Below, piece by piece: positions 1 to 8,950 of a stretch of DNA of 64,000 nt; position 1 is the first letter of the stretch; every line of letters starts with the position of its first letter. The translations under genes and the position numbers were made by a program. A model generated the notes under the pieces. It searched no databases, was not told the DNA's origin, and worked only from the letters and a program-made list of their open reading frames with translations. The stretch is from positions 18,430 through 82,429 of the forward strand of contig JBMFSQ010000006.1 in assembly GCA_049967475.1 (NCBI GenBank), read 5' to 3'. The stretch comes from Chthonomonadales bacterium. Its GTDB lineage: Bacteria > Armatimonadota > Chthonomonadetes > Chthonomonadales > CAJBBX01.

Positions 1-211
1 GTGTGTAATCCCTTTGCGGAGGGTTGTAGTCACGCCGCGGTGCGGGTGTGTAATCTCGGCGCGGAGCCGGTGGCGAAGGCGTCTCCTTGGGTCGGTTCGG
101 CTCTCCGCGCTGTGCTGAGGCTGCCAGGGGTGTCGCCGCCAGCAAAGATGCCAGTACCAACACCCGCATCGCCGGTTCAAGAGGTATGGATCGCCAATGC
201 GTCGCCCTCAT
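1..211 (-). CDS. Secreted Pro/Arg-rich protein, N-terminal part only (runs off the left edge)
   Basis: Not in the ORF track. The minus strand from ATG at 211 (GGGAGGG RBS upstream) reads MRATHWRSIPLEPAMRVLVLASLLAATPLAASAQRGEPNRPKETPSPPAPRRDYTPAPRRDYNPPQRDYT with no stop. It has a signal peptide ending ASA-Q, followed by RDY repeats. Confidence 0.65.
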   Translation of the reverse strand, partial: MRATHWRSIPLEPAMRVLVLASLLAATPLAASAQRGEPNRPKETPSPPAPRRDYTPAPRRDYNPPQRDYT

Positions 212-553
212 TGTCTTTGCCCTCCCTCAGCCGTATGGCGGCTGAGCAAACCGTCGCGAGGAGGCGTCCGCCCTTTACGGGATTGTTCTCATACTTTGTA
301 TACGTTCCCGGAGTGCGGATCCTTTCCCCTGTTTTCAAAAACGGGGCCGGGATGCAATCGTGACAGGTGTCGGTCATACCGTCTGGGGCGTGCTGCAGCC
401 TCAATGCGGTGTGCGGCGGGCATTCCAGTGAGGAAAGGCGCGGGTACAATCCTCAATGCTTGCGGGAAGGGTGTCTGAGGATCTATCATCGAGGGAAAGA
501 CGTCCGCAGCGGATGAGCCTTCGCCGGCAGCATCCAGGAGGGGGCATACTCAT

Positions 554-3478
554 ATGATTGCTCAAAGAGGCTCCGTTCATACCCGCAGCCGGGCAGGGTT
601 CTACCAGGCCGCTCACCGATGGCTTCTTTTCGTCCTCCCATGCATGTGTCTGCTGTTGGCCGCGGCTGCAGGCGCCGATGAGGTGCGGCTCAAATGCGTC
701 GCCGACACCAACCTTTCGGCGTATCCTACGGAAGTGGAGCTGAATTACGGCCGTTCGACGCACTTGCGCCTCAAAGGCGTTGAGATGCTCGCATTGTTGC
801 GGTTTGACCTCGGACCGGTTAAGGGGATGCACATCCGGCGTGCAACGCTCTTTTTGCGGTATGCCGGAGCCGACCGCAAACTAAGAGTTCTTGGCTTCTC
901 CACGGTTGCGGTTCCATGGCAGGAGGGGACGGGCGCCGGAGAGCGCAAGGAGGGAGAGTGTTGCTTCAAGGCCCGAGCGCTGGGCAAGGAAGATTGGGCT
1001 TGGCCTGGGAGCGATTTCACCGACGTGTCGTACACAGCGGGCAACACCGTGGCGGCGTACGCAGCCATCCATGAAGAGAACGACGGATGGATCTCAGCGC
1101 CGGTGGATCCCCGCATCGTACAGGCCATGATCGCAGGTGTGTCCTGGGGAATGGCGGTGTCCGACGAGACGGGAGAAACACGCGCAAACAACGACGTGTG
1201 CTCTCGAGAGGTTGCGGGTTCGGAGCCCTACCTCATGGTAGAGGTAGAAAAGTCTCAGGAAGAGAACCCCGGCCCTCTCCCTGGCGCCCGCGCCGAGCCC
1301 GACGCCTCCCAGGCGGATTTCCAATCGGGAGCGGTGAGGATCACCCTTACGGCTCCCTCTCATGCCTTCGGATATGCCGTGCGGGCGCTCACGAGCTCGG
1401 CGGATCTGGGGGTGCTCCTGCCGCAATGGGAGCTTCCCCTTGCGGAGCCGGGCAAGGAGCAGAGCTTTGTAATTCCCGGTCTTCCGCCTTCCGGGCCGGT
1501 GACGCTGCTTTTGGCGGCTCGATCCGAGACCGGGAAGCTTGGGCCGAGCGCGGTGGTGCGATGCAAGGCTTCCCCGGCCTTAACGTTGCCGCCTCCACTC
1601 ACAGTTCCTCCGCCCGAGCTGGCCCTTGCGGTTGCTCCGCCCGCAGGACCCCTGCAGGTGTGGGCATACCCGGACACGTGCAAGGCGCACCCGATAAGCG
1701 GCAATCTTCTGGAAGAGGTGGGCATGGCTGCATACGCGGGTGTTCCTGCAGGCAGCTATCGCAACCACAATGCGGTGTGGGCGGGCGGGCGCATCCAGCT
1801 CCAAGGGGCAAGAGGTGAAATGTTGGGCTTCCACCTCCTGATTGCTTCCGATGTGCCACGGAGCGGTATCACGGTGGAGGCTCCGGCACGCTTCTCCAAT
1901 GCCTCGAGCGGACATTCGATAACGCCAGTCATAACTCTGTACCGAGACTGGTACGTAAAAGACGGCGAGTGGATGCCCGAAGCGTGTGTCCCTCTTTCCA
2001 GTTCGTTGGATATACCCGCGCCTGACAACAATATTCCGGGTCAGCGGAACCAGTCGGTATTCGTGGATCTGTTCATACCCCCAAATACGCCCACGGGTAC
2101 CTATTATGCATCCTTCGTAGTGCGAGCACCCGGCTTGGCAGATGTAAAGGTACCCGCCGTGCTGAGGGTAACCCCGTTGGTCCTCCCAGACCGCTGTTCG
2201 TTTGATGTGAGCCTCAATACCTATGGAACCGTGGGACATCTCTTTGGGATCAGCGATGCCACGCCTGCATACTTGGCGCTGGAGCGTTCTTACCACCGTA
2301 TGGCGCACATGCACCGGGCAACCCTGGCAGTGCTGGGCTATTCGCATAGCGGGCGCATCTCCACAGGTTATGCGCCTCCTCTCGAAGGGACGGGTGCGAA
2401 CCGCCATGTCGCCGACTGGTCTGCCTGGGACGCCCACTTCGGGCCATATCTGGGCGGCTCGGCGTTTGCAGATCTGCCTTGGCCATCCGCGCCCATCACA
2501 CATATGTACCTGCCTTTCCACGAAGATTGGCCCGCGGATATCCGGCGGTACTATCATTACACTCCTACCACCGACCGCTACCCCGACATCATCGTGGAAC
2601 ATGCCCTCAAGGCCCCGCCTATCGAAGAGGCCATGGATCCCGCCTTCGCGCTGGAATTCAAAGCCGTGCTCGACGACTTTGCCAGGCACATAGTGCAGAT
2701 GGGCTGGACCCAAACCCGTTTCCAGCTCTATCTCAACAACAAGTATTACTATCGAGACCCGGCTATGGGTGGGCAAGGAACCTCGTGGTGGCTCTTGGAT
2801 GAACCCAACCATCGGGATGATTGGCTGGCCCTTGCCTATTTCGCCCGGCTTCTCCGTGACGCGCGGCGAGGATGGAAGTCTCCTGCCCCCATCATTTTTC
2901 GTGAAGACGTGTCTCGCCCCCAATGGCAGCGGGACACCCTGGACGGCTTGGTAGATTTGATGGTCGTGGGAGGAGGCGAGTTTTTCAACCGCACGCGCCG
3001 CCTGGCGGAAATGAAGCGAAAGTGGGGGGTACAGTTCTGGACCTATGGTTCCTGCAATGAAGTGAGGGAGAGCAACGTCGCAGCCGAGGTTTGGGCCGTG
3101 CGTGCATGGTTGGCTGGAGCCGACGGCATCGTCCCGTGGCAAACCGTAGGAGACGACGCCGCCTTTGAGAAGCCGGAAGCCACCGCCATTCTTTTACCGG
3201 GAAAGCGCTTCGGTTTGTTGGGTCCCATCGCAAGCGAACGTTTGAAAGCCCTTCGCCGAGCCGAGCAGGACGTGGAGTACCTGGCTTTGTTGCAGCAAGC
3301 CAAAGGATGGACGCGCCGGCAGGTGGCCGCAGCCGTTGCTCCACTTTTGCATGTGGAGGCAGCCTTTGTCCCAGGATCCGAAGAAGATGCGGGAAGGCTG
3401 CACGTGCAGCGGGCCCGCGCCGAAGACTTCGTCAATATGCGCACAGCCATTGCGGCCGCTCTGGAGCAGGGCCGCTAG
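554..3478 (+). CDS. Secreted multidomain putative glycoside hydrolase (N-terminal DNRLRE-like domain, C-terminal DUF4091/GH123-like catalytic region)
   Basis: 974 aa with GGAGG RBS and signal peptide (LLLAAAAGA-DE). ADT..S...NYG...LLRFDL resembles DNRLRE/CBM96-like domains. LLDEP and the C-terminal SERLKALRRAEQDVEYL resemble GH123/DUF4091 proteins. Confidence 0.6.
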   Translation: MIAQRGSVHTRSRAGFYQAAHRWLLFVLPCMCLLLAAAAGADEVRLKCVADTNLSAYPTEVELNYGRSTHLRLKGVEMLALLRFDLGPVKGMHIRRATLFLRYAGADRKLRVLGFSTVAVPWQEGTGAGERKEGECCFKARALGKEDWAWPGSDFTDVSYTAGNTVAAYAAIHEENDGWISAPVDPRIVQAMIAGVSWGMAVSDETGETRANNDVCSREVAGSEPYLMVEVEKSQEENPGPLPGARAEPDASQADFQSGAVRITLTAPSHAFGYAVRALTSSADLGVLLPQWELPLAEPGKEQSFVIPGLPPSGPVTLLLAARSETGKLGPSAVVRCKASPALTLPPPLTVPPPELALAVAPPAGPLQVWAYPDTCKAHPISGNLLEEVGMAAYAGVPAGSYRNHNAVWAGGRIQLQGARGEMLGFHLLIASDVPRSGITVEAPARFSNASSGHSITPVITLYRDWYVKDGEWMPEACVPLSSSLDIPAPDNNIPGQRNQSVFVDLFIPPNTPTGTYYASFVVRAPGLADVKVPAVLRVTPLVLPDRCSFDVSLNTYGTVGHLFGISDATPAYLALERSYHRMAHMHRATLAVLGYSHSGRISTGYAPPLEGTGANRHVADWSAWDAHFGPYLGGSAFADLPWPSAPITHMYLPFHEDWPADIRRYYHYTPTTDRYPDIIVEHALKAPPIEEAMDPAFALEFKAVLDDFARHIVQMGWTQTRFQLYLNNKYYYRDPAMGGQGTSWWLLDEPNHRDDWLALAYFARLLRDARRGWKSPAPIIFREDVSRPQWQRDTLDGLVDLMVVGGGEFFNRTRRLAEMKRKWGVQFWTYGSCNEVRESNVAAEVWAVRAWLAGADGIVPWQTVGDDAAFEKPEATAILLPGKRFGLLGPIASERLKALRRAEQDVEYLALLQQAKGWTRRQVAAAVAPLLHVEAAFVPGSEEDAGRLHVQRARAEDFVNMRTAIAAALEQGR

Positions 3479-3725
3479 ATCAAGGTGGAGCTGCAACCAA
3501 AATGAGTGCACAGCCTCCGATGTGGCGCGAGAGCAGCGTCTTCGCACGATACGCCCTTAGGCATCGCGCAGGGAAGCGTCAGTGGCCGGTGAGGGTTCAC
3601 CAGGCGCCGGCAACCGCGTTGAGGAACCGCCGCCGGCAGTACATCACATGGCAGGCGATTCCATGCGACACCCGCGGGTATCGGGAACGCAACCGCCCCT
3701 CATGCCGATTTGGAGGCAGCGCGCG

Positions 3726-4790
3726 TCAGCGGCTGGATTCCGGAAGCGGTATCAACGCCGGAACGCGGTCTTTGTAGGGGGGAATGGGAGGGCCGTCTCC
3801 GTTGGGATTGTCCAGATAATAGAACGCAACGGTTGTGTAGTGGTTCGTGAAGGGCTTGCGATCCTCATCGTAGCCCGCCCGACCGTGCTCGAGCGTGAAG
3901 AGGAGCGACTTGGTGAAGGGCACCGGATCCTGAATATGCCACCGGTAGCACGTATTGAGGATGCCGCGCTTTTCTCCGCCCTTTTCGGGATTGTCGTAGA
4001 GCGGTACCCCGAAGTAGGGGTTCCAAAATGCGCGCCCGAAATCCCACGCTCCGCAGAAATAGTCCTCGCTCCCAGTGCCGCTGATGGCCGGTTTTGAGGC
4101 CCCGTCCACATACCAATAGTCGTTGCCTTCGCCCCACCAGCCGTCACTGTTAGCCATGACGGAGATGAAGGTGCCCACGTACTGCCCCGAACCTTTGGTG
4201 TCGCAGAGGGTAAGGGCTTTGCCTACGGGTGCCGGGAAATAGCAGCGGTATTGGGTGTGGAAATAGCGCAGATCCTTCTCGGGGCGCCGGCTCAAACGGT
4301 AGTCTATGTTGTAGTAGAAGGCATGCACAGGCTGGCTGCCTTCGTTGGTTACGGTGATGACTGCGTGCTTCTTGAACGGCATGGGCCAATAACAGTTGAG
4401 CGCATTGTGCGATCCGATGGCGATGGGCGCGCTGGAAAACTCCACATATCGGCCGAAACCCTGGGCGAAGAAGTCGCCCACTGGGATCTCTACCGCCGGC
4501 TTCGGGGCATCGTCCCACGTGATCCGGAGGACGAGTTCGCGCAGGTGGTCCCTGGAGGGAGACGCGATGGTGAACCAGATGTGGGTGATGCGCCCGGCGC
4601 CCTTCACGTCCAGAAGTGGAAGTGTGGCGCCAGGCTCGATGCGGCGGCTATCCCCATTGTGCCCGTTTGGGTCTGTGCTGGAAGATCGAAGGGCGATGAA
4701 GTCCTTTTTTTGCGGCAAATCCTGGGGCACCTGGGCTGCAGCGACCAGTGGCAGACTGCTAAGGGCCAAAATCAGGACGAAGGTTCGCAT
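3726..4790 (-). CDS. Glycoside hydrolase family 172 (DUF2961) protein, secreted
   Basis: Signal peptide MRTFVLILALSSLPLVAAAQ. Motifs GAGRITHIWFT, PVGDFF, NCYWPMPF, WWGEGND, GTGSEDYF and YRWHIQDPVPF. AAGGAG RBS before ATG 4790. Confidence 0.85.
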   Translation of the reverse strand: MRTFVLILALSSLPLVAAAQVPQDLPQKKDFIALRSSSTDPNGHNGDSRRIEPGATLPLLDVKGAGRITHIWFTIASPSRDHLRELVLRITWDDAPKPAVEIPVGDFFAQGFGRYVEFSSAPIAIGSHNALNCYWPMPFKKHAVITVTNEGSQPVHAFYYNIDYRLSRRPEKDLRYFHTQYRCYFPAPVGKALTLCDTKGSGQYVGTFISVMANSDGWWGEGNDYWYVDGASKPAISGTGSEDYFCGAWDFGRAFWNPYFGVPLYDNPEKGGEKRGILNTCYRWHIQDPVPFTKSLLFTLEHGRAGYDEDRKPFTNHYTTVAFYYLDNPNGDGPPIPPYKDRVPALIPLPESSR

Positions 4791-4979
4791 GATGTCTCCT
4801 TTTCCCATCTTGCAGGATATGGTCCTTCGATTGAGCGCCGGCTTTGGGTAAGGGTTACTGGTGCCATCGCATTCCTGTGGTGCGCCGCCGGCGAGCACCT
4901 GTGGGCACCCTGCCGCGCGTGCGGTGTGCAGATGCCGGATCCGGAAGCTCTGGGTCCGAACGGATCGCCGGCGGGATTC

Positions 4980-5795
4980 TCAATCTAGCAGGTTCTCTAG
5001 GCCGATCACGAGATCCTTCCGCTGGATCACTTTTCTGATGGCAAGGAGAACCCCCGGCATGAAGCATCGGCGGTCGGTGCTGTCATGTCGGATGGAGAGT
5101 GTTTGCCCTGGGGCTCCAAAGAGGACTTCCTGATGGGCTACGAGGCCGGGAAGCCGGATGCTGTGGATGGGCACGCCGTGTGCCGAACCACCCCGCGCGC
5201 CGGGAGTGTGCTCAAAAGCGCCTTCGGGACTGGGGACCGGCGTGACGCCTGCCTCCGAGCGTGCTTGCGAGATCTTCCTGGCTGTGAGGAGTGCTGTGCC
5301 GGAGGGGGCATCGAGCTTGCGCTCATGATGGAGCTCGATGATCTCCACGTCCGGCAAATAACGAGCTGCTTGCTGGGCAAACTGCATCATGAGGACCGCG
5401 CCCAGGGCGAAGTTCGGCGCGACGACCGCTCCGATCCCTGCGTCGCGCACCCAAAGAGCTACCTGGTCCAGGTCCTTCTCCGCCAGCCCGGTTGTTCCCA
5501 CAACGGGCGACACAGAATGAGCCAGGGCTGTGCGGATATTGGCCAAGGCCGCGGCCGGCTGGGTAAAGTCTACGAGCACTCGAGGACGGGCGCTGTTGAG
5601 CACCTCTTCCAGATCGGGCCGGATCGCGATACCCATCGCGGCACATTGGGCAAGTTCGGCAGCGTCGCGGCCTATCTCCACTCGGTCCACGGCGCCTACG
5701 AGCTGGAGGTCCGGGGCTTCTACCACGGCGCGTACCACCTCGCGGCCCATTCGCCCGGCAGCTCCGCAAACAGCCACCCTGATGCTATCGCCCAT
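4980..5795 (-). CDS. dapB: 4-hydroxy-tetrahydrodipicolinate reductase
   Basis: Motifs GAAGRMG, DFT, VGTTG, APNFALG, EIIELHHERKLDAPSGTA, IHSIRLPGLVAHQEV. Confidence 0.96.
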   Translation of the reverse strand: MGDSIRVAVCGAAGRMGREVVRAVVEAPDLQLVGAVDRVEIGRDAAELAQCAAMGIAIRPDLEEVLNSARPRVLVDFTQPAAALANIRTALAHSVSPVVGTTGLAEKDLDQVALWVRDAGIGAVVAPNFALGAVLMMQFAQQAARYLPDVEIIELHHERKLDAPSGTALLTARKISQARSEAGVTPVPSPEGAFEHTPGARGGSAHGVPIHSIRLPGLVAHQEVLFGAPGQTLSIRHDSTDRRCFMPGVLLAIRKVIQRKDLVIGLENLLD

Positions 5796-7065
5796 GATGC
5801 GCCTCTTCTTGGGTGCCGCCTTTCGTTTTTTGCGACAAGGGGCCGACAGCGGCCAAGGTCAACGCGTGGTCGTCGAACAGGGTGCGGGCTACCCGCTGGA
5901 TATCCTCCCGGGTGACGGCGGCGATCTTTGCTGTGACCTCGTCCAGAGGGATGACGCGCCCGTAATAGAGGAGCGACTTCCCCATGCGCATCATGCGTCC
6001 CCGCATACTTTCGAGGCCGAGGACCAGTCCTCCCCGTATCTGGGTTTTGGCTTTGGCCAACTCATCTTCCGTAATGCTCTCTTCTTTCACCTTATCCATC
6101 TCGGTACGGGTAAGCTCTACCACTTGCTGGAACGATTGGGGACTGGTGCCGCCGTAAACGACGAAGAGCCCTCCTTCCCTGTACGAGAGGGAGTAGGACC
6201 CTATGCTATAGGCCAAGCCGCGCTTCTCACGGATCTCTTGGAACAGCCGAGAGCTCATGTTGCCGCCCAACACAGTGTCTAGGATGGTGAGAGGGTACCG
6301 TTCATCGTCTGTATGGGAGAACGCCTGGCTCCCGATGCAGAAGTGAACCTGTTCGGTGGGCCGGCGCACGACTTTTGCAGCGCCGGAAGGCACGGGCGGG
6401 TTGCTGCGGCGGATGCGGGCGCTCCCCTTCAGACCTCCCAGGTACTGGTAGGCGAGGTCTGCGACTTTGCCGTGGGGAACATTTCCCGACGCTGCCACGA
6501 CGATGCGGTCGGGCGTGTAGTGCGTCCGCATGTACTGAACCAGATCTTCACGCTGGAGGCCGGACACAGTTCGTGCCTGTCCGATGACCGGCCTGCCCAA
6601 GGGATGGCGACGCCACAGCGTTTGGGCGAAGAGGTCATGCACCAGGTCCTCAGGCGTGTCGTTATGAAGTTTGATTTCCTCCAAAACGACGCCCTTCTCG
6701 CGCTCGATCTCCTCCGGGTCCAGCAGGGAGTGGGTGAGCATGTCGCTGAGGACATCCATCACTAGGGCTGCATCTTCTGCCAGAGCCGACGCGTAGAAGC
6801 ACGTATATTCCTTATCGGTGAAGGCGTTGAGGTGCCCGCCACGGCTTTCGATTTCGTCGGCGATTTGGCGGGCGGTGCGGCGCTGGGTACCTTTGAAGAG
6901 CATATGCTCGATAAAGTGGGAGATGCCTAGCTGAGATGTGGGCTCATCCCGCTCCCCCACACCCACCCAAATGCCGATGGACACCGACTGCACGTGCTCT
7001 ACTGCTTCAGACACGACACGGATGCCGTTGGGGAGGGTGGTGGTTTCGATGCGTTCGTTGAACAT
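5785..7065 (-). CDS. M16 family (pitrilysin/processing-type) zinc peptidase
   Basis: Inverted zinc motif HFIEH (GISHFIEHMLFKGT), plus NAFTDKE and SSRLFQEIREKRGLAYS. Overlaps the dapB start. Start placed at MFNERI. Confidence 0.93.
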   Translation of the reverse strand: MFNERIETTTLPNGIRVVSEAVEHVQSVSIGIWVGVGERDEPTSQLGISHFIEHMLFKGTQRRTARQIADEIESRGGHLNAFTDKEYTCFYASALAEDAALVMDVLSDMLTHSLLDPEEIEREKGVVLEEIKLHNDTPEDLVHDLFAQTLWRRHPLGRPVIGQARTVSGLQREDLVQYMRTHYTPDRIVVAASGNVPHGKVADLAYQYLGGLKGSARIRRSNPPVPSGAAKVVRRPTEQVHFCIGSQAFSHTDDERYPLTILDTVLGGNMSSRLFQEIREKRGLAYSIGSYSLSYREGGLFVVYGGTSPQSFQQVVELTRTEMDKVKEESITEDELAKAKTQIRGGLVLGLESMRGRMMRMGKSLLYYGRVIPLDEVTAKIAAVTREDIQRVARTLFDDHALTLAAVGPLSQKTKGGTQEEAHHGR

Positions 7066-7135
7066 TTGGAATGGATCGGCGCCGATATGCTGCGGACACG
7101 CTCCGGGACTGCTGAGAGGTTGCAGAAGCGTTCGG

Positions 7136-7165
7136 AGTATAGCACCGCGGCGCAAACGGTGTCAA
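7136..7165 (-). promoter_or_regulatory. Sigma70-type promoter for the M16 peptidase-dapB operon
   Basis: Minus strand TTGACA (7165-7160), 18 nt spacer, TATACT (7141-7136). Confidence 0.7.
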
Positions 7166-7325
7166 CGCACTGGGGGTACCCTTGAAATAAGAACGGGGAT
7201 GTCAACGGTACATGCAGAGGGATGCGCATCTGCCGACGGCGCATGGGATGCCGCCGCCGTTGAAGACGAAGCCGCCCGGCGGGTTCCATGTTTTCGAGAT
7301 CCATACATGATGGGGGAGGCGCACT

Positions 7326-8552
7326 ATGAGCACGACACCGCCCGGAGTTGAACCGTGTGGGCATGACGCCTGGGCACGGCGGCGCACCTGGGCGCTTCTG
7401 GGCGTCGCATTTCTATTGATCACTTTGGCTTGGTGGGAACGTGTTGCATCCTCCCGCCAGCCAAACCCGTTGGAAGGGGATGCCGAGGAGGCCTCAGCGG
7501 CTCTGGGCCATCTCCTGGCCAAGGCTTCGCCGGCCCGGAGAACCCACATCCTTTTGACCGCCCTTGACAGCCCTAATCCCGGTCTCCGGTATGCTGCAGT
7601 GGATGCGATCGGCGATGCAAAAGATGCGTCCCTGCTTCCCGCAGTACGGCGTGGATTGGAAGATTGGGACTCTGCGGTTCGCCAGCGGGCACTGGAGGTG
7701 TTGGTGCATCTGGCGCCGCAGGAGGCTTTAGGGGTGCTGCTGGCCGCTCTTGTAGACGATGATGCTTGGATCCGAGAGGCTTCCGCGTCTCAGATCTCGA
7801 TTTTGGCAGGCCGGCCGGGCAGCGGTGTGGACCGGCGCGCGGTTCCCGGTTTGGTTCGTGCCCTGGGCGATGACGATGCTGCCGTCGCCGTGCTTTCGTG
7901 CGGCGCCCTGCGCAAATTGACCGGCAAGCCCTGGCGGATACGCAGCTTAGCCTCGCCCGCCGAGCGCGAGAGGATCGCGCGGAAGTGGCGAGATTGGTGG
8001 CGTCATGCGTCCGCTGCATGGCATATTCCGGCAGGTCTGGCGTCTGTGCCTCCCATCCTCCCTTCCCGGATGGATGCCGCGCCGGCGTTCCAGATGCAGA
8101 ACCTTGATGGTCAAAGCGTTAGCCTGGCGTCCCAGCGGGGGAGGGTCACCCTCCTCAACTTTTGGGGAAGTTGGTGTGCTCCCTGCCAGTTGGAGATGCC
8201 TGCCCTCGGGAGGCTCTATCAAATGTACCATCCGCGGGGTTTGGACGTGGTGGGGATCGCTCTCAGCGAGCGCAACGGCGCAGCCGGTTTGCGTCAATGG
8301 GTGCGGGAACACCATGTTCCTTTTCAGCAATGCCTTGCCGACGAAGCAACCCTTGCCGCCTTTGGGCACATTCACGCTGTGCCGGTGTCTGTTCTTATTG
8401 ATGGCGCCGGCCGCATCCGGTACCGATGGGATGGGGAGCGGGATTTCGGATCCTTCAGCGCTGTGGTGGAGCGGGTGCTGCGGGCGCACGGGGGCGGCAG
8501 CCTGCGCTTGACAGCTTCTTCACGCGAGGCGTATAATACGCGTAGTCGCTGA
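7326..8552 (+). CDS. Membrane-anchored HEAT-repeat protein fused to a TlpA/ResA-like redoxin domain
   Basis: N-terminal TM helix. HEAT-like repeats (LRYAAVDAIG, VRQRALEVL, IREASASQI). C-terminal LLNFWGSWCAPCQLEMP with a CxxC motif and a cis-Pro-like AVP motif. Confidence 0.85.
   Translation: MSTTPPGVEPCGHDAWARRRTWALLGVAFLLITLAWWERVASSRQPNPLEGDAEEASAALGHLLAKASPARRTHILLTALDSPNPGLRYAAVDAIGDAKDASLLPAVRRGLEDWDSAVRQRALEVLVHLAPQEALGVLLAALVDDDAWIREASASQISILAGRPGSGVDRRAVPGLVRALGDDDAAVAVLSCGALRKLTGKPWRIRSLASPAERERIARKWRDWWRHASAAWHIPAGLASVPPILPSRMDAAPAFQMQNLDGQSVSLASQRGRVTLLNFWGSWCAPCQLEMPALGRLYQMYHPRGLDVVGIALSERNGAAGLRQWVREHHVPFQQCLADEATLAAFGHIHAVPVSVLIDGAGRIRYRWDGERDFGSFSAVVERVLRAHGGGSLRLTASSREAYNTRSR
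8508..8537 (+). promoter_or_regulatory. Consensus sigma70 promoter for the tRNA-Arg/Arg/Ser cluster
   Basis: TTGACA (8508-8513), 18 nt spacer, TATAAT (8532-8537). Lies inside the 3' end of the upstream CDS. Confidence 0.85.
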
Positions 8553-8572
8553 GGAAGCGGCTGGAGGGATGC

Positions 8573-8648
8573 GCGCTCGTAGCTCAGCGGATAGAGCGAC
8601 AGGTTGCGGACCTGTAGGCCAGGGGTTCGAGTCCCTTCGAGCGCGCCA
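8573..8648 (+). tRNA. tRNA-Arg (anticodon GCG)
   Basis: Acceptor GCGCTCG/CGAGCGC, D arm GCTC/GAGC with A20, anticodon arm ACAGG-TTGCGGA-CCTGT, T loop TTCGAGT, encoded CCA. Confidence 0.95.
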
Positions 8649-8686
8649 ATCCGGCGGGGTTAGTCTGGCTGAACTCCGCCGGGCGC

Positions 8687-8759
8687 GCCCTCGTAGCTCA
8701 GCGGATAGAGCTGGGGCGTCCTAAGCCCTGAGTCGGGGGTTCGATTCCCTCCGAGGGCG
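8687..8759 (+). tRNA. tRNA-Arg (anticodon CCT)
   Basis: Acceptor GCCCTCG/CGAGGGC, anticodon arm GGGGC-GTCCTAA-GCCCT, T loop TTCGATT. CCA not encoded. Confidence 0.92.
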
Positions 8760-8866
8760 CCTGCATCTTTCACTGCAATGGAGGTAGGCGGAATGCCGCG
8801 TGCGGGGTCCTGCCGGGTTGGCTCGGCAGGCGTCACCCAGCGGATAGCCCCTACCCTTTGTTTTGT

Positions 8867-8950
8867 GGAGGGGTCGCATAGTGGTCGAGTGCGCCCGCCT
8901 CGAAAGCGGGTAGGCCAAAAGCCTCGCGGGTTCGAATCCCGCCCCCTCCG
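8867..8950 (+). tRNA. tRNA-Ser (anticodon CGA)
   Basis: Acceptor GGAGGGG/CCCCTCC, anticodon arm CCCGC-CTCGAAA-GCGGG, long variable arm AGGC-CAAAA-GCCT, T loop TTCGAAT. Confidence 0.95.

Noticed and set aside
1..363. 120-aa plus-strand ORF from the track
   Set aside because: The minus-strand frame with RBS, signal peptide and repeats explains the region better.
1580..3142. 520-aa antisense ORF (likewise 9213-10886, 27653-28933, 52469-53824)
   Set aside because: Each overlaps a better-supported gene on the other strand and has the Arg/His/Gly-rich composition typical of shadow frames.
3479..3725. ~250-nt gap between convergent genes
   Set aside because: No credible ORF with an RBS, and no strong hairpin or promoter recognised.
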